Positions 50,699 through 61,395 are shown, counted from the stretch's first letter. The stretch: DNA of 64,000 nucleotides from Candidatus Cloacimonadales bacterium (GCA_963662585.1 OY759729.1:1792001-1856000), one strand, 5' to 3'. Notes: a model not told the origin generated them from the sequence alone. Translations and numbers: made by a program.

Positions 50699-50932
50699 AT
50701 GATTATTAAAGTATTAGGTACAGGTTGTAGCAAGTGTAAAAAACTCGAGCAAGAAACTATTAAAGCTGTGAAAGAAACAGGAATCGAAGCAACTATTGAA
50801 AAAGTAACAGAACTAAAAGATATTATGGAATATGGGGTAATGATGACACCTGCCTTAGTAATTGATGAAAAAGTAGTCTCTTCGGGTAGGCTAATATATT
50901 CCAAAGAAATCATAAAATTAATAAAAGGTTAA
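50699..50932 (+). CDS. Small redox-active disulfide (thioredoxin-like) protein
   Basis: LGTGCSKC, YGVMMTPALVID. Confidence 0.9.
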   Translation: MIIKVLGTGCSKCKKLEQETIKAVKETGIEATIEKVTELKDIMEYGVMMTPALVIDEKVVSSGRLIYSKEIIKLIKG

Positions 50933-50934
50933 TT

Positions 50935-51330
50935 ATGAAAAGAGTCTTATTTCTTTGTACAGGTAATTCCTGCCGTAGTCAAATCGCAGAGGGATTAATG
51001 AATCAGTATGAAGGATATGAAGCTTTTTCAGCTGGGACAAAACCGACAGAAAGAGTGAATCCTAATGCTATAGAAGTTATGAAAGAGTTAGGTATAGATA
51101 TTTCAAAACATAGACCAAAATTAGTAGATGAATTTTTGCAAGCTGAATTTGATTTTGTAATTACTGTTTGTGATTCAGCCAAAGAGACTTGTCCTATTTT
51201 TACAGGAAAAGTAAAGAATCATCTTCATATTGGCTTTGAAGATCCTGATGGCCACTCTTTAGAAAAGTTTAGAGAAGTTAGGGATTTGATTTCTGATGCA
51301 GTAAGAGAGTTAATTAAATTGACTAAATAA
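50935..51330 (+). CDS. arsC: Arsenate reductase, LMW-PTP type
   Basis: CTGNSCRSQ, TVCD...CP, FEDP. Confidence 0.9.
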   Translation: MKRVLFLCTGNSCRSQIAEGLMNQYEGYEAFSAGTKPTERVNPNAIEVMKELGIDISKHRPKLVDEFLQAEFDFVITVCDSAKETCPIFTGKVKNHLHIGFEDPDGHSLEKFREVRDLISDAVRELIKLTK

Positions 51331-51353
51331 TCCCTATAAATATTCTAACTTCT

Positions 51354-51929
51354 ATGAGAAAAATACTGCTTATAGATAATTATGATTCATTCACTTATAA
51401 TCTTTATTACTTAATTCAAGAGAACTATTCTGGAGAAGTTGAGGTAATAAGGAATAATCTTGTTCGCTTAGAAGAAATAGGAAATTATGAAGCGATAGTG
51501 ATTTCACCAGGACCTGGTAGGCCTGAGAACTCTGGACTTACCATGAGAGTTCTTGCCGAATATTATGATAAGAAAGCTATTCTAGGAATATGCTTAGGAA
51601 TGCAGTGTATCAATGAGTATTTTGGAGGGAAAACTATTAAAGCTCCTTTTCCAGTACATGGCAAGCAATGTGAAGTTTTTACTACTTGTCAAAGTTTAAT
51701 TATGAATAATTTGACTAATCCAAGCAAAGTAGCCCGTTATCACTCTTTAGTTATTAGTGATATTAGTGATATTCTGAGAGTTACGGCTAAAACTTCTGAT
51801 AATTTGCCTATGGTTATTGAACATAAATTTCTCCCCATTTACGGAATCCAATTTCATCCTGAATCATTCATGACAGAAGAAGGCAAGGCTATGATTAAGA
51901 ACTTTTTAGAAATATTGGAGAAGAGATGA
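51354..51929 (+). CDS. pabA: Aminodeoxychorismate/anthranilate synthase component II
   Basis: IDNYDSFTYN, SPGPG, GICLG, QFHPES. Confidence 0.88.
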   Translation: MRKILLIDNYDSFTYNLYYLIQENYSGEVEVIRNNLVRLEEIGNYEAIVISPGPGRPENSGLTMRVLAEYYDKKAILGICLGMQCINEYFGGKTIKAPFPVHGKQCEVFTTCQSLIMNNLTNPSKVARYHSLVISDISDILRVTAKTSDNLPMVIEHKFLPIYGIQFHPESFMTEEGKAMIKNFLEILEKR

Positions 51930-53212
51930 AGATTCAAGTGAAAGCTTTAAAAAAAGTTCCCTTTATTGAACCTCTTGAATGGGTTAATAATCACAATTAT
52001 CATAACTCTTCTCTTTTAACTGGTCATGAATCACAATCTGAATTCTCTCTTTATGGCTGGAATCCTCTTCATCAATATCAATATTCTCAAGATAGAGAAG
52101 TCTGGACAAAAATAGCTGATTTGATTGAAAAATATGACTTTAATCACTTAGATTTTCCTGCTAATAGATGTGGGTGGATTGGTTATTTAGACTACGATTT
52201 AGGGAGATATTTAGAGACATTGCCTGATATAAATAAATACTCTTATAAACTACCCCAAGCAATCATAACTCTCTATAGGAATTACAGATATTGGGATAAT
52301 AAGACTCAGCAATGCTGGGATGTTATCTTCGATTATAGTGAGTTTATGCCATCACAAGCTAATGAGAATCAAGCTCCTTATCAGCTTACAAATTTCTCTC
52401 AAGAGTGTAATGAAGAAGAGTATTGCTCTAAAGTTAAGAGAATTCAAGACTATATTCTTAGTGGCGATGTTTATGAAGTAAATCTTACTCAGCAATTCAC
52501 TGCAGACTTCTCTGGTTCAACTTGGAATTTCTTCAAAAAGCTCTACCAGAAAAACAGTGCTCCCTTCTCTGCTTATTTAACTTATGATGACTTTACAGTA
52601 TGTAGTATTTCTCCTGAGCAGTTCCTCAAGTGTGAAAATAAAAAGGTGCTAACCAAGCCTATCAAAGGTACAGCTCCTCGAGGAAAAGACAAGACGGAAG
52701 ATAGAATTAATCAAGAGATGCTTTTAAGCTCAGAGAAAGATTTAGCAGAACTGCACATGATTGTTGACTTACTCAGAAATGATCTGTCAAAAGTTTGCGA
52801 GATTGGCACGGTAAATGTCTTACAAGCTAATAAATTAGAGACTTTTGCCAATGTCTTTCACTTAGTTGGAGTTGTTGAAGGTCTTTTAAAAGAAGGATTC
52901 TCTAATATTGATTTACTTAAAGCTTGTTTCCCTGGAGGTTCTATTACAGGTTGTCCTAAAATAGCTTCTATGAAGGTTATTGAAGAGTTAGAAACCTATA
53001 AAAGAAAGCTCTACACTGGAAGCATCTTTATTATGAATAATGTTTTTCTCCAAAGTAGTATTGTGATCAGAACTGGCATAGTTGTTCAAGATAAGTTGTT
53101 TGTTAACAGCGGAGGAGCAATCACAATAGAATCAGACCCTAAAAGTGAATATCAAGAGATTCTTCATAAAATTAGAACTTTCTTAAATATAAGTGAGCTT
53201 AACAATGATTAG
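51926..53212 (+). CDS. pabB: Aminodeoxychorismate synthase component I
   Basis: SPEQF, PIKGT, MIVDLLRND, FPGGSITGCPK; adjacent to a pabC-like gene. Confidence 0.85.
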   Translation: MKIQVKALKKVPFIEPLEWVNNHNYHNSSLLTGHESQSEFSLYGWNPLHQYQYSQDREVWTKIADLIEKYDFNHLDFPANRCGWIGYLDYDLGRYLETLPDINKYSYKLPQAIITLYRNYRYWDNKTQQCWDVIFDYSEFMPSQANENQAPYQLTNFSQECNEEEYCSKVKRIQDYILSGDVYEVNLTQQFTADFSGSTWNFFKKLYQKNSAPFSAYLTYDDFTVCSISPEQFLKCENKKVLTKPIKGTAPRGKDKTEDRINQEMLLSSEKDLAELHMIVDLLRNDLSKVCEIGTVNVLQANKLETFANVFHLVGVVEGLLKEGFSNIDLLKACFPGGSITGCPKIASMKVIEELETYKRKLYTGSIFIMNNVFLQSSIVIRTGIVVQDKLFVNSGGAITIESDPKSEYQEILHKIRTFLNISELNND

Positions 53213-53975
53213 TTATTATAATGGTAGATATCTGCCTCAAGAATCTATTCTAATCTCTGGAGAAAGTCCTGCTTTTCAATATGGCTTGGGAGTTTTTACT
53301 TCTCTAAGAACAAAGCAAGGTAAAGCTATTCTTCTAACTCAGCATCTTAACAGATTAAATGAAAATGGCAAGAAGCTTGGATTAACTTTGCCTAGGGTTG
53401 ATTATGAAGAGATTATTCAGGAACTAGTAAGGCTAAATAAAAGCGAAAAGCTTCGCCTAAAGATTATTCTTTTTGAAGATACTAATAAAAAGACAGGATT
53501 GTTAATAATGACTTCTCAATTTCAAGCAAATAATACACCTAGAAAGCTAACTGTAATATCTGATAATTACCAGCCTAGTATGTTCAGGAATATTAAATCT
53601 TTGAATTATATGGAAAATGTTATCTTACATCGAGAGGCTATTAGAAAAGGCTTTGATGATGGGCTTTTGGTTAATTCGCAAGAGCTTATCTGTGAATGTT
53701 GCTATGCTAATATCTTCTTTGTAAGGCAGGGTATTATTTATACACCAAAAGCTAATGGAAATATTCTTAATGGTATTATAAGGCAAGAACTTATGAAAGA
53801 ATTTCCTATAATAGAGAAAGATATTCTTCTCTCAGAACTTGCCAGCTTTGAACAAGTATTTACTAGCAATTCAGTTCAAGGTATTAGCTTTGTCAAAGAA
53901 ATAGCTGGATATTGCTATAATAGCCAGGCTATTCCTGAACTTGAAAAGTGGGCTACTAAGCTAGGATTTCTTTAG
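53205..53975 (+). CDS. pabC: Aminotransferase class IV (4-amino-4-deoxychorismate lyase-like)
   Basis: YGLGVF, HLNRL, KSLNY, NIFF, LNGIIR. Confidence 0.8.
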   Translation: MISYYNGRYLPQESILISGESPAFQYGLGVFTSLRTKQGKAILLTQHLNRLNENGKKLGLTLPRVDYEEIIQELVRLNKSEKLRLKIILFEDTNKKTGLLIMTSQFQANNTPRKLTVISDNYQPSMFRNIKSLNYMENVILHREAIRKGFDDGLLVNSQELICECCYANIFFVRQGIIYTPKANGNILNGIIRQELMKEFPIIEKDILLSELASFEQVFTSNSVQGISFVKEIAGYCYNSQAIPELEKWATKLGFL

Positions 53976-54119
53976 TAGATAAAGCAATACTACATTGTTA
54001 GGGAGATGCTAATTCCTGCAATTACTCCGACAGTAGATAGTATGATTAATCTTGTATAACTATTTTTGTATTGACACAAAATCGATATAAAAAATAGGGT
54101 ACGCTTGAGGTATAAATAT

Positions 54120-55919
54120 ATGAAACAAACTAATATTAGAAATTTCTGTATAATTGCTCACATCGACCATGGTAAATCAACTTTGGCTGATCGATTATTA
54201 GAAGAAACAAATACAATAGATAGAAATAAAATCGTAGATCAGGTTTTAGATAACATGGATCTTGAGCGAGAAAAAGGGATAACTATTAAATCCCATGCAA
54301 TTAGAATGAAGCACACTAAAGATAAAGAAGAGTATGTTTTTAATCTGATTGATACTCCAGGTCATGTTGACTTCACTTATGAAGTATCAAGATCTTTAGC
54401 TTCTTGTGAAGCTGCTCTGCTTCTAGTAGATGCTGCTCAAGGAATTGAAGCACAAACAATGAGTAATCTTTATCTAGCAATGGATAATAATTTAGAGGTT
54501 ATTCCTGTAATAAATAAGATTGATTTACCTAAAGCTGATGTGGAAGGTACTGAACATGATTTAATGGATTTATTAGGTTGTGACCCTGATCATATTTTCA
54601 AGGTTAGTGCTAAAACAGGTTTAGGAGTTCAAGAATTATTAGATGGAATCGTAGATGCTATTTCTGCACCTAAAGGTCTTATTGATGCCCCACCGAAAGC
54701 TGTTATATTTGATTCCTATTTTGACACTTACCGTGGTGTAGTAGTCTTGGTAAGAGTTTTCAACGGAAAGCTGACTAAGGGTGATACAATAAGATTAATG
54801 CAAACTGATAAAGTTTATGATATAGAAGAGATTGGCTATCTAGGAATGAAATTAGAACCTCAAAAAGAACTCACAACTGGAGAAGTAGGTTATCTGATTT
54901 GTAATATTAAAGAGATAGCTGATGCTCGGGTAGGCGATACAGTTACTTCTGTAAAAAACGGTTGTAAAGAAGCAATAACAGGTTATGAAGAACCAAAGCC
55001 TATGGTTTATAGTGGAATATTCCCTATTGATGGAGATGATTATGCAGGTTTAGTTGAGGCCATGGGCAAACTAAAATTAAATGACTCTTCTCTAATCTAT
55101 GAGAAAGAAAGCTCTCTTGCTTTGGGTTATGGGTTCCGTTGTGGTTTCCTAGGAATGCTTCATCTTGAAATCGTTAAAGAGAGACTTTATCGTGAGTATA
55201 ATGTCCCAATTATTGCTACAACTCCAAGTGTTAAATTTATTATTCATTTAAAAGATGGAACAGAAAAAATCGTCTATAATCCTATTGATTTCCCAGATCC
55301 TACCTTAATTGATTTTATTGAAGAACCAGTAATGAATGTGGAAATCATTCTTCCTTCTGAATATATAGGGAATATTATGCAATTAGCTCAAGATAGAAGA
55401 GGCGTGCAAAAAGATATTCAATATATTGATGATAAAAGAGTTGCACTTCACTATGATCTACCTCTAATTGAAATTATTTTTGACTTCTATGATAAGTTGA
55501 AGACCTTGTCTCGTGGCTATGCCTCATTTGATTATAGCTTTAAAAACTATCAAACTTCTGATGTTTCAAAAGTTGATATAATGATTAATGGAGAAAAAGT
55601 TGATGCTATGTCCTTTATCTGCCATGTCGATAAAGCCTATAGTTGGGGTAAAAGTGTTACTGAAAAACTTTCTGAAGTGATACCTAGACATCTCTTCAAA
55701 ATCGCTCTTCAAGCTTGTATCGGTGGTAAAATCATCGCCCGTTCTACTATCAACGCTATGAGAAAAGATGTTTTAGCTAAATGTTATGGTGGCGATATCT
55801 CTCGTAAAAGAAAACTTCTTGATAAACAAAAGAAGGGTAAGAAGAGAATGAAAGAAATCGGTTCAGTTACTGTACCTCAAGAAGCCTTCTTAGAAGTATT
55901 AAAAGCAGATAGAGAGTAG
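54120..55919 (+). CDS. lepA: Translation elongation factor 4
   Basis: IAHIDHGKSTLADR, DTPGH, GFLGMLH, KCYGGDISRK. Confidence 0.98.
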   Translation: MKQTNIRNFCIIAHIDHGKSTLADRLLEETNTIDRNKIVDQVLDNMDLEREKGITIKSHAIRMKHTKDKEEYVFNLIDTPGHVDFTYEVSRSLASCEAALLLVDAAQGIEAQTMSNLYLAMDNNLEVIPVINKIDLPKADVEGTEHDLMDLLGCDPDHIFKVSAKTGLGVQELLDGIVDAISAPKGLIDAPPKAVIFDSYFDTYRGVVVLVRVFNGKLTKGDTIRLMQTDKVYDIEEIGYLGMKLEPQKELTTGEVGYLICNIKEIADARVGDTVTSVKNGCKEAITGYEEPKPMVYSGIFPIDGDDYAGLVEAMGKLKLNDSSLIYEKESSLALGYGFRCGFLGMLHLEIVKERLYREYNVPIIATTPSVKFIIHLKDGTEKIVYNPIDFPDPTLIDFIEEPVMNVEIILPSEYIGNIMQLAQDRRGVQKDIQYIDDKRVALHYDLPLIEIIFDFYDKLKTLSRGYASFDYSFKNYQTSDVSKVDIMINGEKVDAMSFICHVDKAYSWGKSVTEKLSEVIPRHLFKIALQACIGGKIIARSTINAMRKDVLAKCYGGDISRKRKLLDKQKKGKKRMKEIGSVTVPQEAFLEVLKADRE

Positions 55920-56056
55920 TTTAGAATTGAGAATTGAGAATTGAGAATTGAGAATTGAAGAAAGATGAATCTATCCACTAATTTCACGAAATTTTAAAAA
56001 TATCACCAAGGGATTAAATGGATTCGCCCGAATGTAGGGGCGTATTGCCATACGCC
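55920..56056 (+). repeat. Left arm of a ~137-bp inverted repeat (GAGAATT heptamers + GTAGGGGCGTATTGCCATACGCCC)
   Basis: About 92% identical by manual alignment to the reverse complement of 57795-57932. Confidence 0.9.
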
Positions 56057-56614
56057 CTTTTAATCAAAAAAGAGGTAATTATCACTAAAAACTGGAAATT
56101 ATTTAAGATATTCTTTAAGATTGGAGCCTTCACTATTGGAGGTGGCTATGCAATGCTACATTTAATTGAGTATGAATTGGTGGAAAAAGAGAAATTATTA
56201 GATTATGATACTTTTCATGATGGTCTTGCTCTTTCTCAGACTTCCCCCGGTCCAATAGCAGTTAACATTTCAATATTTCTTGGTTATAGATTGGGTGGCT
56301 ATGCTAGTGCTCTTTTGTGTGCCTTTGCTACTATTTTACCAGCTTTTTTGATTATTAGTTTATTAACTGGTTTCCTTTTGGAATATGCTGAAAATCCTTA
56401 TCTAGTTAAATTTTTCCAAGGGATTAGACCTGCTGTAGGGGCCATGATTACCTTCTCTTTAATAAATCTATTACGCAAAAGTAAAAAGAATTATCTATCT
56501 ATCATAACAATGATAATCTCTTTTATTCTGTTAACATTTCTTTCTATTTCCCCGATTACCATCATAATCGCTTTAATAGTATTTAGCATCATCAGTAGCT
56601 TGGTGAAAAAATGA
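56018..56614 (+). CDS. Chromate transporter (short-chain CHR), start uncertain
   Basis: FFKIGAFTIGGG, SQTSPGPIAVN. Confidence 0.88.
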   Translation: MDSPECRGVLPYALLIKKEVIITKNWKLFKIFFKIGAFTIGGGYAMLHLIEYELVEKEKLLDYDTFHDGLALSQTSPGPIAVNISIFLGYRLGGYASALLCAFATILPAFLIISLLTGFLLEYAENPYLVKFFQGIRPAVGAMITFSLINLLRKSKKNYLSIITMIISFILLTFLSISPITIIIALIVFSIISSLVKK

Positions 56615-57129
56615 TTTACTTAAAATTATACTTGATCTTTTTTAAAATAGGACTATTCGCCTTCGGTGGGGGATTAGCTATGCTTCCTTTAATTCAGGAA
56701 GAGGTAGTTAAAAATCAAGCATGGTTAACAGACCATGAATTTATAGATTTAGTAGCTGTTGCTCAATCAACTCCAGGACCAATTGCTGTTAATTCTGCAA
56801 CTTTTATCGGACAGAAAACATCCGGATTTCTCGGTGGATTAGTAGCTACGGCTGGGGTGGTAACACCTTCTATTATTATAATGTTTATTATCGCAACATT
56901 CTTTTTTATCTTTTCTAAAAATAAATTCGTAAAAGAAGCTCTTGCTTGGATAAAACCTGGAACTATTGGATTTATTGCAAGTGCTGTTTGGTTCATTGGT
57001 GTTAAAACTCTTGTCGATTGGAAAAGTGCCCTTATTTTCTTAGGAGTTCTAGCTTTTTCTTTCTATAAGAAGCCTAATCCTATTGTGGTAACCATTTTAA
57101 CAGGTATTATTGGTATTTTGCTTTATTGA
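56611..57129 (+). CDS. Chromate transporter (short-chain CHR), second half
   Basis: FFKIGLFAFGGG, AQSTPGPIAVN. Confidence 0.9.
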   Translation: MIYLKLYLIFFKIGLFAFGGGLAMLPLIQEEVVKNQAWLTDHEFIDLVAVAQSTPGPIAVNSATFIGQKTSGFLGGLVATAGVVTPSIIIMFIIATFFFIFSKNKFVKEALAWIKPGTIGFIASAVWFIGVKTLVDWKSALIFLGVLAFSFYKKPNPIVVTILTGIIGILLY

Positions 57130-57260
57130 AAAAGAAGAGAGATAAAAGATTTAGAAATTATTAAATTCTTACAGGGTAATTTTTCTTACATCATGTAATT
57201 CGTGAAATCTGTGGAGAGGTTTTTCTATGTTTTACAATGAGGCGGAGAGAATCTCCACCG

Positions 57261-57932
57261 TCCGACAGAAGAGGTCTTATCATATTCTCAGAACTTTTCT
57301 TAAAAACTTTGTGTTAGGGAACTTTTCAAGAAGGCGTATGGCAATAGGCCCCTACATTCGCGTTAATTCGTGTGAATGTCCAGTCCTAAATAATTCGACA
57401 GATTTTCTTGTAATTATTATTTTCTCTATTAAACCCTTTGAGTCTACGCTAATGCTTCGCCTTCACAAGACAGGGTTAAATAAATATTGGTGTACCATAC
57501 CCAGGGTCAATTCAACTTCGTTTTTTCAAAACTTCTTTGAATGAGACCCTGGGCTAATCTATTTAATCCCTTTGGGATTTAATAACTGGGGTTACGGACC
57601 TTTAGTCCGTGAATCTTAAATCCCCCTCAGTGAGGGGGACACAGGGGGTGTTTTCTTCTATGGAGTGGAAGCGTCTCTGCTTCCACATAAGACAATAATA
57701 AGATAACATTAGATTTTTATAAGGTTTTTCGCATGCAAGGGTGCATGCAATCCGGCAGAAGAGGTCTTATCATATTCTCAGAACTTTTCAAGAAGGCGTA
57801 TGGCAATAGGCCCCTACATTCGGGCAAATCTATTTAATCCCGTGGTGATATTTTTAAAAAATTCGTGAAATTAGGGGATAGATTTATATTTCTTCAATTC
57901 TCAATTCTTAATTCTCAATTCTTAATTCTAAA
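57261..57932 (+). repeat. Third mosaic repeat cluster (partial R, module C, module-A parts, R, right IR arm)
   Basis: R at 57715-57772, partial R at 57261-57282; 57283-57580 is the reverse complement of module C; 57795-57932 is the right arm of the inverted repeat. Confidence 0.92.
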
Positions 57933-57951
57933 TTCCCCCTTTTCTTTTCTC

Positions 57952-57980
57952 TTGACATCAAATAAACTCAATTCCATAAT
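57952..57980 (+). promoter_or_regulatory. Candidate sigma70 promoter of murA
   Basis: TTGACA-N17-CATAAT. Confidence 0.65.
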
Positions 57981-58021
57981 GACAAAAATTAATAATGTAT
58001 ATAAAGATATAGGTGGCATAA

Positions 58022-59275
58022 ATGAAGAAGTTTTTAATAAGAGGTGGAAATAAATTATCTGGATCAGTTGAGATTAGTGGAGCTAAAAATGCTATTTTAC
58101 CCATATTGGCAGCATGTTTGTTAACAAGAGGAAAGAGCGTTTTAACTAATGTTCCTAAACTAGTAGATATAAAAACTATGACCCATTTATTAAGAATTAT
58201 TGGAGCTAGAATAGATTATTTACAAGGGAGAATGGAAGTAGATACTTCAGATGTCTGTTTTCCTGAAGCACCTTATGAATTAGTTTCTCAAATGAGAGCT
58301 TCAATTTATGTTTTAGGACCTTTGTTAGTTAAATTTAAAAAGGCCAAGGTTTCATTCCCTGGTGGCTGTGCTATTGGTGCCAGACCTATAGATTTGCATT
58401 TAAAAGCTTTAGAGAAGATGGGTGCTAGCTTTGAAACAAAAAAAGGGTATTTATATGCAACCACTGATGAACTTAAAGGAGCTGAGATTGATTTTGAGAA
58501 TGTCTCAGTTGGTGCTACTTGTCATATCTTAATGACAGCTACCTTAGCAAAAGGTAAAACTATTTTGCGTAATTGTGCAAAAGAACCTGAGATTGATAGT
58601 TTAATAGATTTTCTCGTAAAGATGGGTGCTAAAATTACTGGTAAGGGTACAAATAAACTTGAGATTGAGGGTGTAAAAGAGCTCTTCCCAATAGGAATGG
58701 AGATGATGCCTGACCGAATTGAAGCAGGAACTTTCCTGATTGCCGGTGCTATTACTAACAGTGAAATAACAGTGTCAAACTGTAATCCTCAACACTTGGA
58801 AGCATTAATTCTCAAAATGAAGCAAGCAGGTTTTAGAATTGAAACAGATGAAGCTAGTATGACTATTTTCCCTACTGATAAAATTTTACCTGTTAATATA
58901 GTAACAGACCCTCATCCTGCTTTCCCTACAGATTTACAGGCTCAATTCTTAGCTTTAATGACTTTAGCAGATGGAACAAGCTATATCGAAGATACTATCT
59001 TCCCTGATAGATTTATGCATGTTCCAGAATTAAATAGATTGCAAGCAGATATTTTTCAAGAAAAGGGTAAAGCCAAAGTGGAAGGAGTCCAATCTCTTAG
59101 TGGGGCAGAAGTTATGGCTACGGATTTAAGAGCAAGTGCGGCTTTAGTTCTCGCTGGATTAGCTGCCGAAGGTGAAACTACTATATCAAGAATATACCAT
59201 ATTGATAGAGGTTATGATAATATTGAGGGCAAATTAAGATTATTAGGAGCTGACATTGAAAGGATTGAAGAATAA
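58022..59275 (+). CDS. murA: UDP-N-acetylglucosamine 1-carboxyvinyltransferase
   Basis: SGAKNA, MRAS, PGGCAIGARP, PDRIEAGT, TDLRA. Confidence 0.97.
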   Translation: MKKFLIRGGNKLSGSVEISGAKNAILPILAACLLTRGKSVLTNVPKLVDIKTMTHLLRIIGARIDYLQGRMEVDTSDVCFPEAPYELVSQMRASIYVLGPLLVKFKKAKVSFPGGCAIGARPIDLHLKALEKMGASFETKKGYLYATTDELKGAEIDFENVSVGATCHILMTATLAKGKTILRNCAKEPEIDSLIDFLVKMGAKITGKGTNKLEIEGVKELFPIGMEMMPDRIEAGTFLIAGAITNSEITVSNCNPQHLEALILKMKQAGFRIETDEASMTIFPTDKILPVNIVTDPHPAFPTDLQAQFLALMTLADGTSYIEDTIFPDRFMHVPELNRLQADIFQEKGKAKVEGVQSLSGAEVMATDLRASAALVLAGLAAEGETTISRIYHIDRGYDNIEGKLRLLGADIERIEE

Positions 59276-60323
59276 AAAGATAGCTGTAGCGATGAGTGGA
59301 GGAGTAGATAGCTCCGTAGTCGCTTGTTTACTTAAGAAAGAAGGCTATGACATAGCTGGATTCACTATGGTGCAATATGATGATGAAGAATTTGGCTATA
59401 GTGTAGAAGAGGGTTCTTTGGCCGCGACTAAAGATGCCCAGAAGATTTGTGACCAGCTAGATATTAAGCATATTGTAATTAATGTTAAAGATGAATTTAG
59501 CAGAATTGTACTTAATGATTTTGTTAATCAATATAAAAGTGGGAATACCCCTAATCCCTGTACTCTTTGCAATCCAACAATTAAGTGGGGTGCGTTTTTT
59601 GATAAGATAAAGGAGTACGGATTTGAATATTTTGCTACTGGCCATTATGTTAGGTTGATTCAAGGACAAGATAGACCTCATATCTATCGAGCTGATAATT
59701 CAAAAGACCAAACTTACATGCTGTGGAGAGTTAGAAAAGAGCAATTAGAGAAAACAATATTTCCTCTATATCAACTTAATAAAGATGAAGTTAGGAAAAT
59801 TGCTAGTGAAAATAATCTTTTCGTAGCAGATAAAAAAGATTCTCAAGAGATTTGCTTTATAAAAGATCACTATTTAGATTTTGTTAATAAGATAGTTCCT
59901 GCAAAAGCTGGTAAGATAAAGCTTCTCACCGGCCAAGTTATAGGGGAGCATCATGGACTTACTGCTTATACTATAGGGCAGAGGAAAGGTCTTCAAACTA
60001 AACTTAATATAACTCTTTTCGTTCACTCTATGGATATCAGTAAGAATATTCTTTATGTTACTCCTAATAGGGAAGACTTAAAAGTATCTTCTTTCAGAAT
60101 TAATGAACTTCACTTTTTAGAAAGTGATATGAATAGAGTGAAGAAGAGCTTGGTGCAAATTAGATATAATTCTAAGCCTGTTGAAGTTAGAGATTTAATC
60201 TTTGAAGGAAAAGAGATGGTTGTTATCTTAGAGCAAGCAATAGAATCTGTTACTCCAGGACAATCAGCAGTCTTTTATACTGAAGATAATGAGCTCTTGG
60301 GTGGCGGAGTTATTGTTAAATAG
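59256..60323 (+). CDS. mnmA: tRNA 2-thiouridylase
   Basis: AMSGGVDSS, TPNPC, ATGHY, KDQTY, DSQEICF, TPGQ. Confidence 0.96.
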   Translation: MKGLKNKKIAVAMSGGVDSSVVACLLKKEGYDIAGFTMVQYDDEEFGYSVEEGSLAATKDAQKICDQLDIKHIVINVKDEFSRIVLNDFVNQYKSGNTPNPCTLCNPTIKWGAFFDKIKEYGFEYFATGHYVRLIQGQDRPHIYRADNSKDQTYMLWRVRKEQLEKTIFPLYQLNKDEVRKIASENNLFVADKKDSQEICFIKDHYLDFVNKIVPAKAGKIKLLTGQVIGEHHGLTAYTIGQRKGLQTKLNITLFVHSMDISKNILYVTPNREDLKVSSFRINELHFLESDMNRVKKSLVQIRYNSKPVEVRDLIFEGKEMVVILEQAIESVTPGQSAVFYTEDNELLGGGVIVK

Positions 60324-60338
60324 GTTAAATTCACATAA

Positions 60339-61229
60339 ATGTTAGATTTAATAAAAAAGTGGACAGGAGTATTTCTTCTGTCTGCTGTAGTTATAGGCTT
60401 TATATTTCCTTTCTTCTCACTCTTTAGGCCAGTAATGATACCCTTACTGATGCTTTTGCTCTACTGTTCTTTTGTAAGAATGGAGTTTAAAGCAAGAAAC
60501 TTTTTTCGGAAAGAGTTAATAATCTTTCCACTTATTTGCTGGCTAATTTCACCTTTAATGGTTTATTACGCAACAAGTTGGATGGGAAGTGCTTTGCAAA
60601 TTGGTTTTCTCTTAGTTGTTATTACACCACCAGCTTTAGGCTCACCTGTAATGGTTTCACTTGCTAAGGGAGATTTGGAATATACTGTGGCAAATGTAAC
60701 AATCTTCAATATCATATCTCCTTTGGTATTCGCTATTATCCCCAGATTATTTCTTCACGAAAGTAGCCTTTCAATAAATTATTATGATATTTTTTGGCGA
60801 GTTACTATAATAATATTTATCCCTCTCATTTTAGCTTTTCTCACTAACAAAGTACTAACAATTAAAGAATTTGTTATTAGCAAGATTGATCCATTCAAAG
60901 CTTTGATTCAGATGTTTTTGATAATTATCGCTGTTGCTAATTCATCCAAAGAAATCAAAAAGATGAGTAAAATAGATTTAATCTCTGTCCTTGTCTTTAC
61001 TTTTCTTCTTGCTGGAATATTATATCTGATTGGTTGGTTGATTGCTAGGAGTAAAAAGATGAAATATACTTTGCCAATCACAACAGGTCATAAAAATACA
61101 CTACTAACTATCACTATTGCTATTGCAAGTTTTTCAGAGATTACTGCTCTTCCAGCTGTTTTCTATCTTATAGCCCATCATACTTATAATGGAATTATTA
61201 TTAATTTAAGTAGAAGAATAACTTTATAG
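60339..61229 (+). CDS. Bile acid:sodium symporter-like membrane protein
   Basis: About 9-10 TM segments; TPPALGSP..LAKGD; KNT motif. Confidence 0.65.
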   Translation: MLDLIKKWTGVFLLSAVVIGFIFPFFSLFRPVMIPLLMLLLYCSFVRMEFKARNFFRKELIIFPLICWLISPLMVYYATSWMGSALQIGFLLVVITPPALGSPVMVSLAKGDLEYTVANVTIFNIISPLVFAIIPRLFLHESSLSINYYDIFWRVTIIIFIPLILAFLTNKVLTIKEFVISKIDPFKALIQMFLIIIAVANSSKEIKKMSKIDLISVLVFTFLLAGILYLIGWLIARSKKMKYTLPITTGHKNTLLTITIAIASFSEITALPAVFYLIAHHTYNGIIINLSRRITL

Positions 61230-61395
61230 CATGGGGAACGATTCTGACTGCTTAATAATCCATAGTCATTCTTTATCTAATCCAATCTGTAATCCCTTGA
61301 ATTTTCGCTAATTTTCACCCTCACAAGTCAGGATTAAAGTCTTATAAAGCGAGCAAAATTAGGAGATAAATATTTCTAAGGCAAGCAATAGTCAC

